The notes beneath the pieces are model-generated. The model made no database searches, was not told the origin of the DNA, and worked only from the letters and a program-made list of their open reading frames with translations. The position numbers and the translations under genes were made by a program. 64,000 bases of DNA. Source: the human T2T-CHM13v2.0 reference genome, Homo sapiens. The stretch is taken from NCBI RefSeq assembly GCF_009914755.1, contig NC_060927.1; one strand, written 5' to 3'. The stretch's first letter is position 1. The number at the start of each line of letters is the position of its first letter. This document shows positions 14,621-31,279 of the stretch, piece after piece.

Positions 14621-15561
14621 CTAGAGCAGATGTCCAGAGGGACATGCCTCCTCTTAGATGCCTCTTTAGGTCTGGTGTGCCCCAAGTGCCAAAAAAGGAC
14701 CTCAGTGCCTCTGGGGTGGGGCTCTGGCAAACAGCCACTGAGGTACGTTCCACCTAGCTGAGAGATGATGTTCCCACCCCAGTGGACCTGAAAAGCAGAG
14801 TACGAAGCCAAAGGGAATTATTCTTGAGTCCTAAGGTTTAATATTGTTTGTTCGGTTAGGTTTTCAACTTATTTTAGATGCATTACTCCTTTCTTCTTTC
14901 CTATTTCTTCCCTTTGGAATGAGTATGTCTATCCATTACTTGTCCCACCACTGTATTTTTGAAGCACATAACTTATTTGCTTTTATAGGTTCAGAGCTAG
15001 AGAGGAATTTGCCTCAGCATAAACTGTACCTTGAGGTTCATCCATATCAGATTTAGACGACATTTAAATGACACTTTGGACTTAAGACTTTGGAGCTGAT
15101 GCTAAAACAACTTAAGACTTTTAGGGCTGTTGGGATGGAATGAATGTATTTTGCATGTGAGAATGACATAAATTTTGGAAGGCCAGTGGCAGAATGTGGT
15201 GGACTGAATGTGTGTGTCCCTGCCACCATTTATATGCTGAAACCTTAACCCCCAAGTGATGGTATTAGGAGTTGGGGCCTTTGGAAGGTGGTCAGGTCAT
15301 GAGAGTGCAGCCCTCATAAATGGGATTGGTACTCTTATAAAAGAGACCACCAGAGAGCTCCCTCACCCCTTATGCCACATGAGGACCCAGAAGAGAGGAT
15401 GGATATTTATGAACCAGGAAAGGGGCTCTCAACAGACACCGAACCTGCTGGTACCTAATTTTGGACTTCCTAGACTCCAGAATTATGAGAATTCATTGTT
15501 TGTTATTTAAGTTATCCAGTCTATGGCAGTTTGTTACAGTGGCTCCAATACACTAAGACAC
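14620..15561 (+). mobile_element. MaLR internal fragment plus MLT1A-like LTR (15196-15561)
   Basis: gaatgtattttgcatgtgagaa...ggccagtggcagaa then tgtggtggactgaatg...cactaagaca. Confidence 0.7.
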
Positions 15562-16260
15562 CAACTCAACTTCAAACATCAGCAATCTTTAAGCAGAGTG
15601 TTATACGTGATTGAAAAGTGACTACTTCTGCTATGAATCTGCCCCACGATCTGTGATTAGGAAAGACAGAGGAGCCAACATTGGATGCTAACCAGGCCAT
15701 TACACATATCTGTTATTTATGGCACTTTTTGCCACTGTATCAGATGCATAGACATTACTCCATCAGAACACTGGGGCTATCTGAGGGGAATATTAAACAG
15801 AATAAGGACAAGTCTCTTTAAAGGAATGTAAAGAGTTGTTTACAAGATTTTATCAGTAAATTATCCTGAGGGAGAGCCAACGACAGAAAACACCCAGGCC
15901 AACTACTTGATCACAGGACAGCAAGTGCTCACCTCTGAAAATACAGTAACTCTTCCTAAAGTAAATCCATTTATTCCTCATTCCAAGAAAATATTAGGAT
16001 GAATAAAACAATACCATTAAATAAAACTAAACAATATCTTAATGTTAAATTTTAAATTTTTATTTCTTAAAGTCTGAAATAATCCTTGCACCTCTAGATT
16101 TTTCCTGTCTTTAATATTTATTTCTCTTAATGTGAACTTAATACTTAAATAATTGTTCCAAGATTATTGTATATAAAATCTACAACTATAAAGGAAACAA
16201 ATATTAGGAATCTATGCATTACTCTAAAATTAATAATGAATAAAGTTTTCTATACTTTAA

Positions 16261-17900
<1,640 letters not shown>

Positions 17901-19497
17901 AAGAAGAAGCATCCTCCGTAACTCTAGCTTTCTCTTTGATACCACAGTAGTTCAGCAGACTACTTTCCATGGGTATATAATAAATGTCAGACTCTCCCGC
18001 TCAGGTCGCTCAGGATACAACAAGCACTGGGCTCCCTCCACAGCACTGGGCAAACAGGGAGTTAAAAGAGTCATACGTAGCAATGTGCTGCAGATGCAGT
18101 CTCTGGATAACTCCAGACTTCCTTTTATTTTCTAGGTGATCATTGATAGTCACAAAATAAATAATGTAAAGGCACAAGCAACACATTTTGATTTGTCCTA
18201 TCCCCTAAAAACTGTTCAAATACTTTTAAAAGGATCTCTTCATTGCCATAAACCATGCTGATAATATTTGGCATGGAAGTTATTTCCTTGACTTGTTTTT
18301 CTTAAGAAAATGCTTCTTAAACACAATGTAATACTATAAAGACAAGAAAACCAATAAGAAAGAAATTCCTAACTGCATACTCCTGATTACATTTAGTAAT
18401 CTCCTAATAGAAAGTAGTTCTTAAGAGCAGAATTACGTTAGCTACTATAATTAGCTAAGTAATTCAAAGAAGATGTAAATCAAGAACTCTATTTTCAAAT
18501 AAAGGAAAAGAAAGTCACATAAAAAAATTTATGGTGGTATCCACATCTGATGAAAACACAATAAAAACAATATCCAGAAATTCTTAAGAATGCCTACAAT
18601 GATGTCATATCTTGGAATAATATTAGACATTTATAACTAGTCAAATCTTGATGTGCATAGTTCTTAAGCTCAACAGTTAAAAGTTGACGTTAACAGAAGA
18701 ATCTGGACATACTGAAATATTGAATCCTTTCAGTAAAAATTCTGAAAACACAGCCCAGAGATGCAATGTATTATTTTCATGATGGAAAACATCAATGTAT
18801 TTCTAAATAAATCGTGTAGAATTTTTAATTATGAAGAAATGCAAAAATGTTAAGGATGTCTTAAAGGACCGAGAAAATGTTCCCTCCAAGGCAGCAGTAT
18901 CATTTGTTGGGTGCTACATTTACATCTAAAAATATGTATTTCACATGTGTATAGACTCTGGTGGAAGTGTCCAAAAATAGAATATTAAATGTAACTTTTA
19001 AGCCCCCAACTTCACCCATAAAGAAAAAATGGTAACAGAATATAATGACTGTGTGTACACATTTCCAACCCAAATGTTAAAAAGCAATCTTCAACAAGTG
19101 TGCTTTAAAATATTTTAAGAATTAAAAAAAATTCAATCCCAAAAAACTAAAAGGCAGGACTTTTACACGAACAGTCACATCATAGTCATGGAAAACAGAA
19201 GGGTGTTCCTAGTCCTTTCAATTCCAATTATCTAAAGCAAAGGCGATACATACATACATATGTGTGTGTGGGATTGTATATACACACATACATATATATG
19301 GAAACAAATTTATAATAAGCTACAAAAGAAAAATGTGAGCACTTTCTAGGAGTTAACCACGTTAAATGCAAATCGGAGGATATTGTTAACATCACATGCT
19401 AAGTATAGCTCAGAAAATTTGGGTCACACAGCTATTTCAAGTAAGTTTATGCCAAAACACACTGAAAGTAATTATGATGTTAAAGTAATTCTCCTGT

Positions 19498-20231
19498 TGA
19501 GGTGCCTTTTGTGGAGGCAGCTAGCGTGAGGCTGGGGAATCACTAAGCTACATGTCATGCCCTGTGCTGCCCAGACTCATGAACAATTCAGTCAGGGTGG
19601 CTAAAAGCTACTCCACAAAACCAAAAGGCAAGATGTTTGCTTATGCCTTCTTTGTGCAGGCATACAGAGAACCTAAGCAGAAAAACCCAAAGATCCCTGT
19701 CAATTTTTGCAAAATTGTCCAAAAGTACACTGAGAAGTGGAAGACAATGTCTGGGAAAGAGAAGTCTAAATCTGATGAAATGGCAAAAGTAGATAAAATA
19801 TGCTATGATTCAGAAATGAAGGATTATGGACTATCTAAGGGAGGCAAAACAAAAAAATAAAAAACAAAAAGGACCTCAATGTCCCCAAAAGGTCACTGTC
19901 CAGATTCTTCCTGTTCTGTTCAGAATTCTGCCCCAAGAATTCAGACCCTGGCATCTCTATTGGAGATGTGGCAAAAAAGCTAGGTGAGAGGTGGAGTAAT
20001 TTAAGTGACACTAAAAAGCAGCTTTGCATCACAAAGGCAACAAAGCTGAAGGAGAAGTATGAGAAGGATGTTGCTAACTGCAAGTCTAAAGGAAAATCTG
20101 ATGGCGCAAAAGGTCCCACTAAAGTTGTCTGGACAAAGGTGGAAGAGAAAGGCAAAGATGACGAGGAGGAAGAGGCGGAGGAGGAGAATGAATAAAAAAC
20201 TCTATCTGTAATAACAAACTAAATAACTAAC
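19498..20231 (+). pseudogene. HMGB3 processed pseudogene in RYK intron 13, antisense to RYK
   Basis: Intronless. [48 protein letters not shown] and an acidic tail match HMGB3. Start codon changed to GTG (19597), internal stop and frameshifts, degenerate A-tail, TSD taaagtaattctcYtgt at 19481-19497 and 20232-20248. Confidence 0.93.
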
Positions 20232-20694
20232 TAAAGTAATTCTCTTGTGAATCTGCTCACCATTAAGTTAATGGTGATATTTTAAAATAAAGCTGCCACA
20301 TGAACAAGCAACTAAGTATTTGGTGTAACTGCATTCTGATGATGGCAGATTCTTACATAAAATGTGTGAACTCCTGCAAAATGTCATAACCATAAAAATA
20401 ACTATTTCTGATATAATTTGAAATGTTCTGCCTAACCAAACCATGTATCCTCAACATGAACTTTGCCAGCTAATACCCAGCTGAAGAGACTCAACGCTCT
20501 TGGAGCATCTTGCTTGGAGATTTATTATTAGCTATAGCCTCATTTGTTGAAAGTATATTATCTAACTTAATTTTCACTCTGTAGGTCCTACAAAATATTT
20601 AATCATAAATGTTACAAAAAAATAATTCCTATCATCGCTTAATTATACAATGGTATACCTACACAGAAATAAATACGTTAAATTAAGTAATACA

Positions 20695-20985
20695 GGCTGG
20701 GTGCAGTGGCTCCCGCCTGTAATCCCAGTGCTTTGAGAGGTCAAGGCAGGAGGATCGCTTGAGCTTAGGGGTACAAGATCAGCCTGGGCAACACAGCAAG
20801 CCTCCATCTCTACAAAAAATAAAAGAATTAGCCACGTGTGGTGGCACACACTGGTAGTCCTAGCTACTCAGGAGGCTGAGGCAGGAGGACCACTTGAGCC
20901 CAGGAGTACAAGGCTACACTGAGCTATGACTGTACCACTGCACTCCCACCTGGGCAACAGAAGTAGCTAAGGAAAAAAAAAAAAA
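20695..20985 (+). mobile_element. AluJ
   Basis: Diverged Alu dimer; TSD aagtaataca. Confidence 0.9.
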
Positions 20986-22189
20986 GTAATACATATTTTG
21001 GGGGCCTCCACTGTGCAAGCAAATAGCACTACTTGCCATCTTGCATACCCCTTTGAAATACAAGCTATCAATGCTCCTTTTTCTAAGAGAATAATAAAAA
21101 GATTTCCAACCTCTTCAAATTACACGAAATACTTATAGATTATCATCTAAGAATTATCTTCCATTTTCTGCCCATCGAACTAGTTTTGGTTCACCACAAC
21201 AGCCATATCATTTCAGCAAAGGCAACTATATTTCAATAAATAACAAAATAAAAATTTTAAATCAACCACTGGAAATAAAAAAATTAACATCCCAAAGAGA
21301 CGAGTGAATCCATCTTTTAAATCAACTACGGAATAAAATTTTCAAAGTAAACACTAAGAAAAGTTTACTTCACTTTTCTACATTTAAAAATGTTTAGATG
21401 TGAGCTTTTACTAAAGGAGTAAATTTGAGATCACACTGCTCTAATTCAACTGATATTATGTTTTAAAATTATGTTCTACAACCAAAGCCAAACCAATTCC
21501 TCCTGTCCCCTTTCCCACTCCATGAAAATAGCTTTGCTTAATGTAGAGCTGGTAAACAGTTCCAGCTACAATTCAGAATTTCTGAATAAAGATTTGGCAA
21601 CTCTAAAACCAAAAACATTATCAAAGAGTAGAACTAGTCCTTACTGTCATTCAGTACAGCAGCTGTGCATTGGTCTAAAATCAAACTCTGCTTTCCCTTC
21701 GTATGTCATTTGAAAAATATAAAAATCAAAACCAAAAATGTAACCTTTCTCTCCCTAAAAAAAAGCCCAGGTTCTCATTACGTAGAGATTTAAAAAGAAT
21801 ATAACCTGCTTTGCATATTTGTACTGCTTTACTTGGTATGTTTAACTTCTAGACATTAATGCTAGAGAGAGATTTTTTCTTTATCATCAGAGCTCTGGAA
21901 AAACAGACCAGGACTAGTACCCCACTGCTCTATAAGCTGAACCCTGGGATTCAGTATCCAAGAGTCTGGCTTTATTTCCCTCATCCTGCCACCCATCACC
22001 CACCATGCCCGATGCCTCTCTGGCTAGGAGAGGCTGTGGACAACATGAAACAGGTTGTCATTCAGTGTTAGCTTCTGAGACTGCTCTGTGAAGCAGATCA
22101 CATCCCTTCTCATAATCATTCATATTTACTTTGTTCATCTCACAAATGTCAGATAAATTGTTTCTTTGAGAATAGTTTATCTTGAGTTA

Positions 22190-22404
<215 letters not shown>

Positions 22405-22490
22405 TTAAAAATTATATAAGTAAATTGCTCATTCACATTAAGTGAACACATTTTATCAAAATACTTGGTATGTAAAAGGAGCAATATATC

Positions 22491-22855
22491 TGTATTAGTC
22501 CCTTCTCACACTGCTATGAATAAATACCCAAGACTGAGTAATTTATAAAGGAGAGAGGTTGAATTGACTTATTTCTGCAATGATGGAGAGGCCCCAGGAA
22601 ACTTACAATCATGACGAAGGAAAAGAAGAAGCAGGCACCTTCCTCACAGGGTGGCAGGATGGAGTGAGTGTGAGCAGGGGAAATGCCAGACGCTGATAAA
22701 AGCATCAGATCTCGTGAGACTCACTAGAACAGCATGGGGGAACCTGCCCCCCATGATCCAATTATCTCCACCCTTGGTCTCGCCCTTGACGTGGGGATTA
22801 TGGGAATTCCAATTCAAGATGAGATTTTGGGTGGGGACATAGCCAAACCATATCA
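22491..22855 (-). mobile_element. THE1-family MaLR solo LTR
   Basis: tgtattagtc...ggggacatagccaaaccatatca termini; 5-bp TSD atatc. Confidence 0.9.
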
Positions 22856-23018
22856 ATATCAAATAGCACATAGTTTCTAAAAAGGAAAAAAAATTTATTT
22901 AGTAGTTAGAGTTAATTAAAGGAATTTTCCCCTTTCTCAAATTATTCTCATTTTAAGGATTTTAAATTAGAATATCAGTTTTTCAGTAAAGAAATCTTAG
23001 ATCATTTCAATTATTGAC

Positions 23019-23453
23019 TGCAGTGAACTGAATGGTAGCCCCAAAGATATGCCCATGTCCTACTCCCTGAAACTTGTAATTACCTTACATGACAAAACGT
23101 GATTAAGGATCTTGAGAGGAAAAGTTTATTTTGGATTATGTAAGTGGGTTCTAAATCATATGTATCCTTTTAAGAGGGAGGCAAAGAGAGTTTGAAAGAC
23201 GTATGTGAAGAAGAAGGTGGTATGAACTTGGAACAGAGGGATGGAACCGCAAGCCAAAGAATGCCAACAGCCACCAGAGCTGAAAGAGGCAAGGACTGCT
23301 TCTCCACTAGAGCCTCTGGAAGGAGCCCAGCCCTGACTACACCTTGATTTCAGACATTTGGCCTCAGAAGTGAACCACGAGAGACTATATTTCTATTGTT
23401 TTAAGCCACCAAGGTTGTAGTAATTTGCTACAGCAGCCACAGAAAACTCATAC
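23019..23453 (+). mobile_element. MLT1D/E-like solo LTR
   Basis: ctgaatggtagccccaaagatatgcc...gcagccacagaaaactcataca. Confidence 0.75.
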
Positions 23454-24165
23454 ACCGAGGAAATGAGTATATACCAATTAATATAATTAATTAGCGTACA
23501 GTAATACATGATTAAAAGATTAATCCTTAAAACATACACACTTTGAAACAAAAGAGTAGCCCTAAATTTTAAAATATAGACACACAAAATACAATGATAC
23601 AGTAAGCCCAATTCTTACAGTTGAAGCTTAGAAGCAAATTATTCTATAGGATTTTACATATAACACAAACAGATTATCACTGAGTGAACATATGTGGGAC
23701 CCTATAAGCAGAAGTTTTACCTAATCCCTAAATATTCTGCAACAATAATAAAGTCTAACAGGCAAGAGACAGGAAAATAAATTACACTTAGTCTTCCAAA
23801 TAAGACTAAGAAATCAAGTGACAGAAATTTTACATGGCTGTAAAATATGAACAAGTGAACGTGGCTTCTGAAACTGTACATCACAAAGGGCCCAACTATG
23901 ATCTGGCTAAGTGGCAAAACCACCCAGAAACTTGACAAAAGGAAGAGGATGACGGGGGGATTTACAAATTTTATGAGCCATAACACTTAGAAGAGGTCAC
24001 CTGAAAAAAAGAAAACATCTTTATGATCTAGCAACTATTTGGTCTGCCTCTTATATAAGAAAGAAATAATAATGAAATTACTGTAACTGCTCTGAGTCTC
24101 AAAATCCTCACCTTTAAAACTGGGATACCACAGCCTATCTCCTAGTGTTAATAGTGCTTCTGTCA

Positions 24166-24575
<410 letters not shown>

Positions 24576-24718
24576 CTAATTACACTTGCTTTCTGGATAA
24601 AAATTTCCGGGAACAGCTAGCAGATTTTTTAAAAACCCAAAAGATAAAAATAGTAAAACATTTAAAAACAGAAAGCTGTTTCTCTATTCTTTTGCTATCT
24701 GGGGGTCCCGGCACTTAC

Positions 24719-24878
24719 CACATCACTAGCGCTAGAGAACTCGTTATTAACCAGACTTTCAAGAGCCATCCAACGAACTGGCCTGTTTTCATTGTCCCCC
24801 AGACAGTGATAGTCCATGGGGAACAAGTCTCTGGAGAGGGCATTGTCTGTGATCTTAACTTGAAGTGTGTCATCAATG
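24719..24878 (-). CDS. RYK: RYK exon 13 (DNA in place of DFG, activation loop)
   Basis: Encodes IDDTLQVKITDNALSRDLFPMDYHCLGDNENRPVRWMALESLVNNEFSSASDV; AG/GT ends; 160 bp. Confidence 0.97.
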
Positions 24879-25039
24879 CTGAAAAGTAAAGATATGAACA
24901 TCAAATGCAATCAGAGTATTAAAAAGTAGGGATCATCACCACCCTTAAATACAACACAAGTCCCACTGTGACTCGCAGAGAACCCCAAATCCAGGAAGCA
25001 CTCTACATCAAGTGACAGCGTCAAGCGCATGGCACCTAC

Positions 25040-25149
25040 ACACAGTTCCTGGCAGCCAGGTCTTTGTGGATGACTTCCCTTCTGGCCAGGTAGCTCATTC
25101 CACAGGCAATCTGAATAGCCATGTGTACCAGGTCTTGCTGAGAAATTGC
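25040..25149 (-). CDS. RYK: RYK exon 12 (catalytic loop HKDLAARN)
   Basis: Encodes AISQQDLVHMAIQIACGMSYLARREVIHKDLAARNC; cag| and |gtaggt; 110 bp. Confidence 0.97.
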
Positions 25150-25550
25150 CTGTGGTAACAAAAAATAACATGGTTTGCAAATAGCACACAAATATGATGG
25201 CACTTTCTTACTTTTTTTATTCCACAATCCTACTCCATCCAAAAATACTGCTTTAAACCTACACACAGAATTTTTAAAAGCTATTTCTTGACCAAGACTA
25301 TGTTCCCATATATCCCTATACTTATATCAACTGTAGTCCTTATTATTCTGTAATCTACCATTTACTCTGTCTCCTTTCATCTGTTAGATGTATCTCCCCA
25401 ATATCCAGCACACACAGCAGCTGCTCAATACATCTGTTCAGTGAATGCTGAGTTCTCAAGGTAATATTTCAAATGTTTATAATTCAGTAATCTTTTTTTC
25501 CCCCAAACAGTAGTTTTTATTAGGAGATTCTCTCTTTGGGATTATTTTCA

Positions 25551-26193
<643 letters not shown>

Positions 26194-27049
26194 CCACACA
26201 CAAACCCAAAGTACGAGCTCCTAGCTTTTTCTGCTGATGTGTTCTTCTAGGTGTATGACAGTACTTGGGGCTGAGGAATAAAATCCTTCCCCAGGTAATG
26301 CAGATGAGCCACAGCCTCTAACCACTTATTGAGAATCCCAGCTTTAGTCTTGTCAATTTACAAAGCATATGATACATATTAGGCCGAATACTGAATGCAG
26401 CCTTTGAACCCATTTTCTCCTGGCAACTATAATAAGCATACTATTATAAATCCTAAAGCAACTTAATGGGACAACAAGATACAGCTGACAGCAAAAAAAA
26501 CCCACTAGGCTTTACTACCACTACCATCATAATATGCTTGGTATCTGACCTTTGCTTTACAGTTATAAACACAAGCAGGGAAGAGAAACACTCTTAGATG
26601 ACTGCCATCTTACAGCCACGCATATTAACAATACATCCAATTATCTCCCACAATCTAGACCTCCAGTCATCACCAGACTTTGGTATAGTATGAACCAAAT
26701 GGCTCTAGAAAGTCTGTTTCCATTCCTAAGAGGAAGATCTAGGACAAGTACCCTCAGTTATCAGGAAAACACCTAAGATGGCATTACAAAGGGTTTGAGT
26801 TGATTATGAATAAGTACACAACGAGAATATAAGGAAAACTTCAGCATCAGCACAGTGTAAGCCTCAAGGCAGGAACATAAGCCAACATTTTCCTTTAAGC
26901 CAACACGTTATAAATATCTTGTGGTTCATTTTGAGGTTCTTTTTTGCAGGCCTCTAAACAGTTTATATTTAAGAATGTTAATATCTACTTTCAAAGACAT
27001 TATCAGAAACTACTGGTAAATAATTGGTATTTGGGCAAATTTTTCTCAC

Positions 27050-27182
27050 CTGTGGATTATTGGCCTCTACTAACTTGCACTGTCGTAAAAACAATTTAAG
27101 ATTCCCCCAATTCATGTAAGGCAATATCACCATGGGCTTTTCTCCTTCTTCTATACACACATGAGTAATAGGAAGAAGATTT
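27050..27182 (-). CDS. RYK: RYK exon 11
   Basis: Encodes NLLPITHVCIEEGEKPMVILPYMNWGNLKLFLRQCKLVEANNPQ; AG/GT ends; 133 bp. Confidence 0.97.
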
Positions 27183-30100
27183 CTATAAAATAATAAAAAA
27201 TTGGGAGAAAGACAAAGGAATCCAAAATGTTAGGGGCTTACTTCTAATAAAAATAATCTAAAACAAAACAAAATCCCCAAAATACTTAAAAACATGATTA
27301 CCATTAAAAATGTAAAATTATAAGTGTTCTGTATTTTAAACCAGACTTAAGTGTCCCCTATATATGTGCATATATCCCCATATATGCACATTCTTGGTAG
27401 GGAAAAATCATAAACTCAAAGTTGCTTCCTGTGGGCTGGATTCTCTGAAGGCACACTCTAACCACACTATATCTTTACTCCAAAGGGCAATTAATCAGAG
27501 ACATCTAAAAACTGACTTGCCCATGAGTGTATTATGATAACAATATCCCACTTACTCCATTATCACACATGAAAAAAAAAAAAGGCCCAATCCAGACGGT
27601 GGTCAAGAATATGATCATCAAAAAAGGTCTCTAAAAGGCTGAAACTGCCACAAAAGCCAAAAAGTTCTTAGCTGGTCACACTGGATTTAGAATCAGATTT
27701 TTGAATCCTAGATTTACCAATTACTATCAGAGTGACCATCTTTCTCTTGGCTTTGGTTTCCATTCTTATAACATAGGGACCCCACCAACCATAAAAGGTT
27801 GCTGTGATGTGCAAAATAAAACCAAGCATGTAGTGGACAATCCCGTTCCTATTTTAATTTCTATGGCATACATACATACATTTCATCCTACTGTCTAATA
27901 ACACCTCCTCCACTGACATCTGGAAATAACTGCTAATTTTTCCCAAGGTTATGTAACTTTTTACATAATTATATCATCTTCCCCACTAAGCTAAAAATTG
28001 CTAGAAGACAAAAACTAAGGTAAACTCAATTTTTATACCCAACACTTCGTAATCTATGCTATATAAAACAAACATTTAATAACAAATAACAGTAACAAAT
28101 AGCCTTAAAACATTCCTACTCCTTAACTTGGCAAATCCTGCTTCTAAGGATGTTTAATAAGGAAAGAATAACAGGATAATAAGTCACAATTGGTCACAAT
28201 ATGAGAATATAAGTAAAAGCTTATCTTACAAGAAAGTAAGATAAAAAATTCCCATTTGCAAGATAATTATAAAAATGGAGAAAAATAATAAAGGTCTGCA
28301 TGGAAATATGCAAAGAGTTAAGAGTTGTCTTTAAGTTGTAAGACTATAGATAATTTCAGCTTTGTTTTCTGTATTTCCTAAAAATTGTCTTAATTGAGCA
28401 TGTATCACTTTTTAAACCCCAGTTATAAAACCGTGGCACAATCACCAATGCACAAGTGGCAAAGCTGTGCGCTCCCCTCATATTTGCAGGAGTTACTAAC
28501 ATGGAAAGCACTGACCCTGAGGAGGTGGGAAAATGAGGACTTAAAGATCAGTAAACCTCTAAGAGGCAACCTCTCTATAACCGCTCAAGTGGCAGCGATT
28601 AGGAGTTCCACTTTATATGCAAGGAAATCCACGCTGGGAGAGAAAGTTTAGGTAACCTGCCAAGGACAAAGAGCAAGTACACGGAGAAAAATATCAGATC
28701 TTCATCTGATTCAATACCCTTTGCATTCCCCTGGACCACTAGACTTTCTCTCCAGAGGAGCAAGGGAGATCACATGGGAGATTACAGAGCTTCCTTTCCA
28801 CCAACTCCCATGAATACTAAAATGACTACAGGTTTACACTAAGGATTAACTTGGGCATACCATTAAACACTGTTGCCCAATCTATTTAACTCACCAAAGA
28901 TTACTTCTGTTTCTTTCTTTGTGACTGAAATTCATTTAGCAGAGTTAAAGACATTTTATCCATTAGGTTTGCTGGGTGAAGTCAAATCTTTTATTCCACT
29001 ACCACAGGATTAAAAATCCACTGGTAGAGCTAACAAACTTCATGAAAATGTTTCAAAGTACAAATGGCTGTTTTTCATTCTGCCCATCTTGTAATGAAAA
29101 GGAGGATGAAGGGGAAGGTCTGGATCTCTAAGAAGAGTGAATGAAAGCAGGAGATGCTATAGTGAAGAAAGAAGGTACAGGAAGGGTAGGTTCTGTGGGG
29201 CTTGGCACAAGAACTGCCTCTAATTCTCAGTCTTGTTGAGGGCGTTTGCAGAGGGAGAGCTGTGAGCCATTTGGCATAAGAAGTGTTCACCATCAGGCAT
29301 CTTTGGGCCAATGAAGGGGCCAAACTACAAGCAGAAATAGCGCAAGAGTACTTTGATGTGAAGCACTTCTAATGAAATTAAAATAGGTTAATATCTTTTA
29401 TGTATACAGCTATTTTAACTTTTAATAAAATTATTTTCATAAATTCCAGTGGAAAAATGTGTGAAAAGAAAGGATTTCAAAATGCTTTAAAACACTTCAA
29501 TACGCGTACAATCCGTAACCATGGATGTTAAAACATGAAGCAAACATGCTGTATTACATACCACAAGGTAAAATCTAAAAACAGGTGTCTTTTCTTGCTG
29601 AATAAATTCTATATTCTGTTGCTTGATAAATTCTATAATACGATCTCTGAAGATCATTTCATTTTCATTCTGCCTAACACAGTTCCAAGTGCAAAATGGG
29701 TACTGAATGAATTAGAATAAAAGAATGAACAAACAAATACATAAGTATAGCTATGAACAGTCTATACATATTAAGGATCAAAACAAAATGTGTGATAGGC
29801 CCTGGTCACCTTAAAAATGAAATGAACTGCTACAATGAATGGAAAGAATAATATACTTTCTACATGCTGACAATGTGTTTTATTCATTGTAACTAGGACT
29901 CCTGCTATCACCTCATAGAAGGAAGAACAATTAAGCATAATCAAGCTATAACCTACCTTTACAAGACTTTCCTCAAGGACTGAATGCTCAGTATCAAATA
30001 ACCCCAATTTAGTATGTAATGTCATTCAATTCCCTAAGGACCTCCTGAGACTGCTAATTCATCCTGATGGGATGCTGCAAAACCTTACAATCTAAAACTG

Positions 30101-30993
30101 CATGAGACACAACACTGCAAATGCTTGCTCTGAGCATTTTTCAGCCAAGACATCTTTAAGGCTACAGTGAATATAAAACCGTTTCTTGGGAAAATCCTGG
30201 CTTTGTCTACATTTATCCCTGCTACTCACTTCTGTGCTGAAGTGATGCAAACCTTTCACTGGGGTAAGAACATTGGCTAGGTATCTAAGTAATAGGTTAA
30301 CATTATATACTAGGATTAAACACCTTTGGCCCTTCTCCCTAGAGTCAGTGTAATAGACCATTAAGCACTTTCAACACTGCCAAAAAGGACAATATTCCAA
30401 CTGTTTCTTTCCCTTCTGCTACTGAGATTATCAACTTTTAGTGTTTCCTTCACCCTTGGTTGCCGAGAAGCTAGGAGGTGTTTTATGTTCAGTCACAGTA
30501 AAAATATTTGTTCTCCTTACTGCTGGCTCATTTGTTTTCTTTTTTACCACCACAATGCCAAAAAACTCAGTTTCTTTTTCATTACCATTTTATTTATCTT
30601 ACTGTGGCTGCCTTCTTTTTAGGTCCTCAAATCCTTCTGAATATGAACCAAAATATAACTAAATTTAAAAGTAAGGCTCTGGGTAGTCACCTTATTTTTC
30701 AGCAGAACTCAAGGAACTGTCTAAAGTATACAGAAACTATATTTTTTCAGAAGCCTATAAACATCTTCCAACAGAGATAACCACAGTTCTTTTTTTAAAC
30801 ATATGTGATCAAATTTTCAGTAGACATACAAATTATGTTGACTCTATATAGTGCTTTAAAAAAATTTGCTCTAATGTTGATACTGTCACACATTATGATG
30901 TTACATTTAAGCTGCTTCTGGCTCAAAAGGTAGAAGTTTTTGTTACAGTTCTGTGAACAGGACCAATACCAAGCTTTTAAAAAAGGTCTTCAT

Positions 30994-31279
30994 GGCCGGG
31001 CACAGTGGCTCATGCCTGTAATCCCAGCACTTTGGGAGGCCGAGGTGGGCAGATCATGAGGTCAGGAGATCGAGACCATCGTGGCTAACACGGTGAAACC
31101 CTGTCTCTACTAAAAATAGAAAAAATTAGCCAGGCGTGCCTATAGTCCCAGCTACTCAGGAGGCTGAGGTAGGAGAATGGCGTGAACCAGGGAGGCAGAG
31201 CTTGCAGTGAGCCAAGATCACACCACTGCACTCTAGCCTGGGTGACAGAGCGAGACTCTGTCTCCAAAAAAAAAAAAAA
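30994..31279 (+). mobile_element. AluY-like
   Basis: Alu dimer; TSD aaaaaaggtcttcat. Confidence 0.92.

Noticed and set aside
19245-19300. Mixed (TACA)/(TG)/(TA) quasi-palindrome
   Set aside because: Low-complexity purine-pyrimidine repeat whose self-complementarity is trivial.
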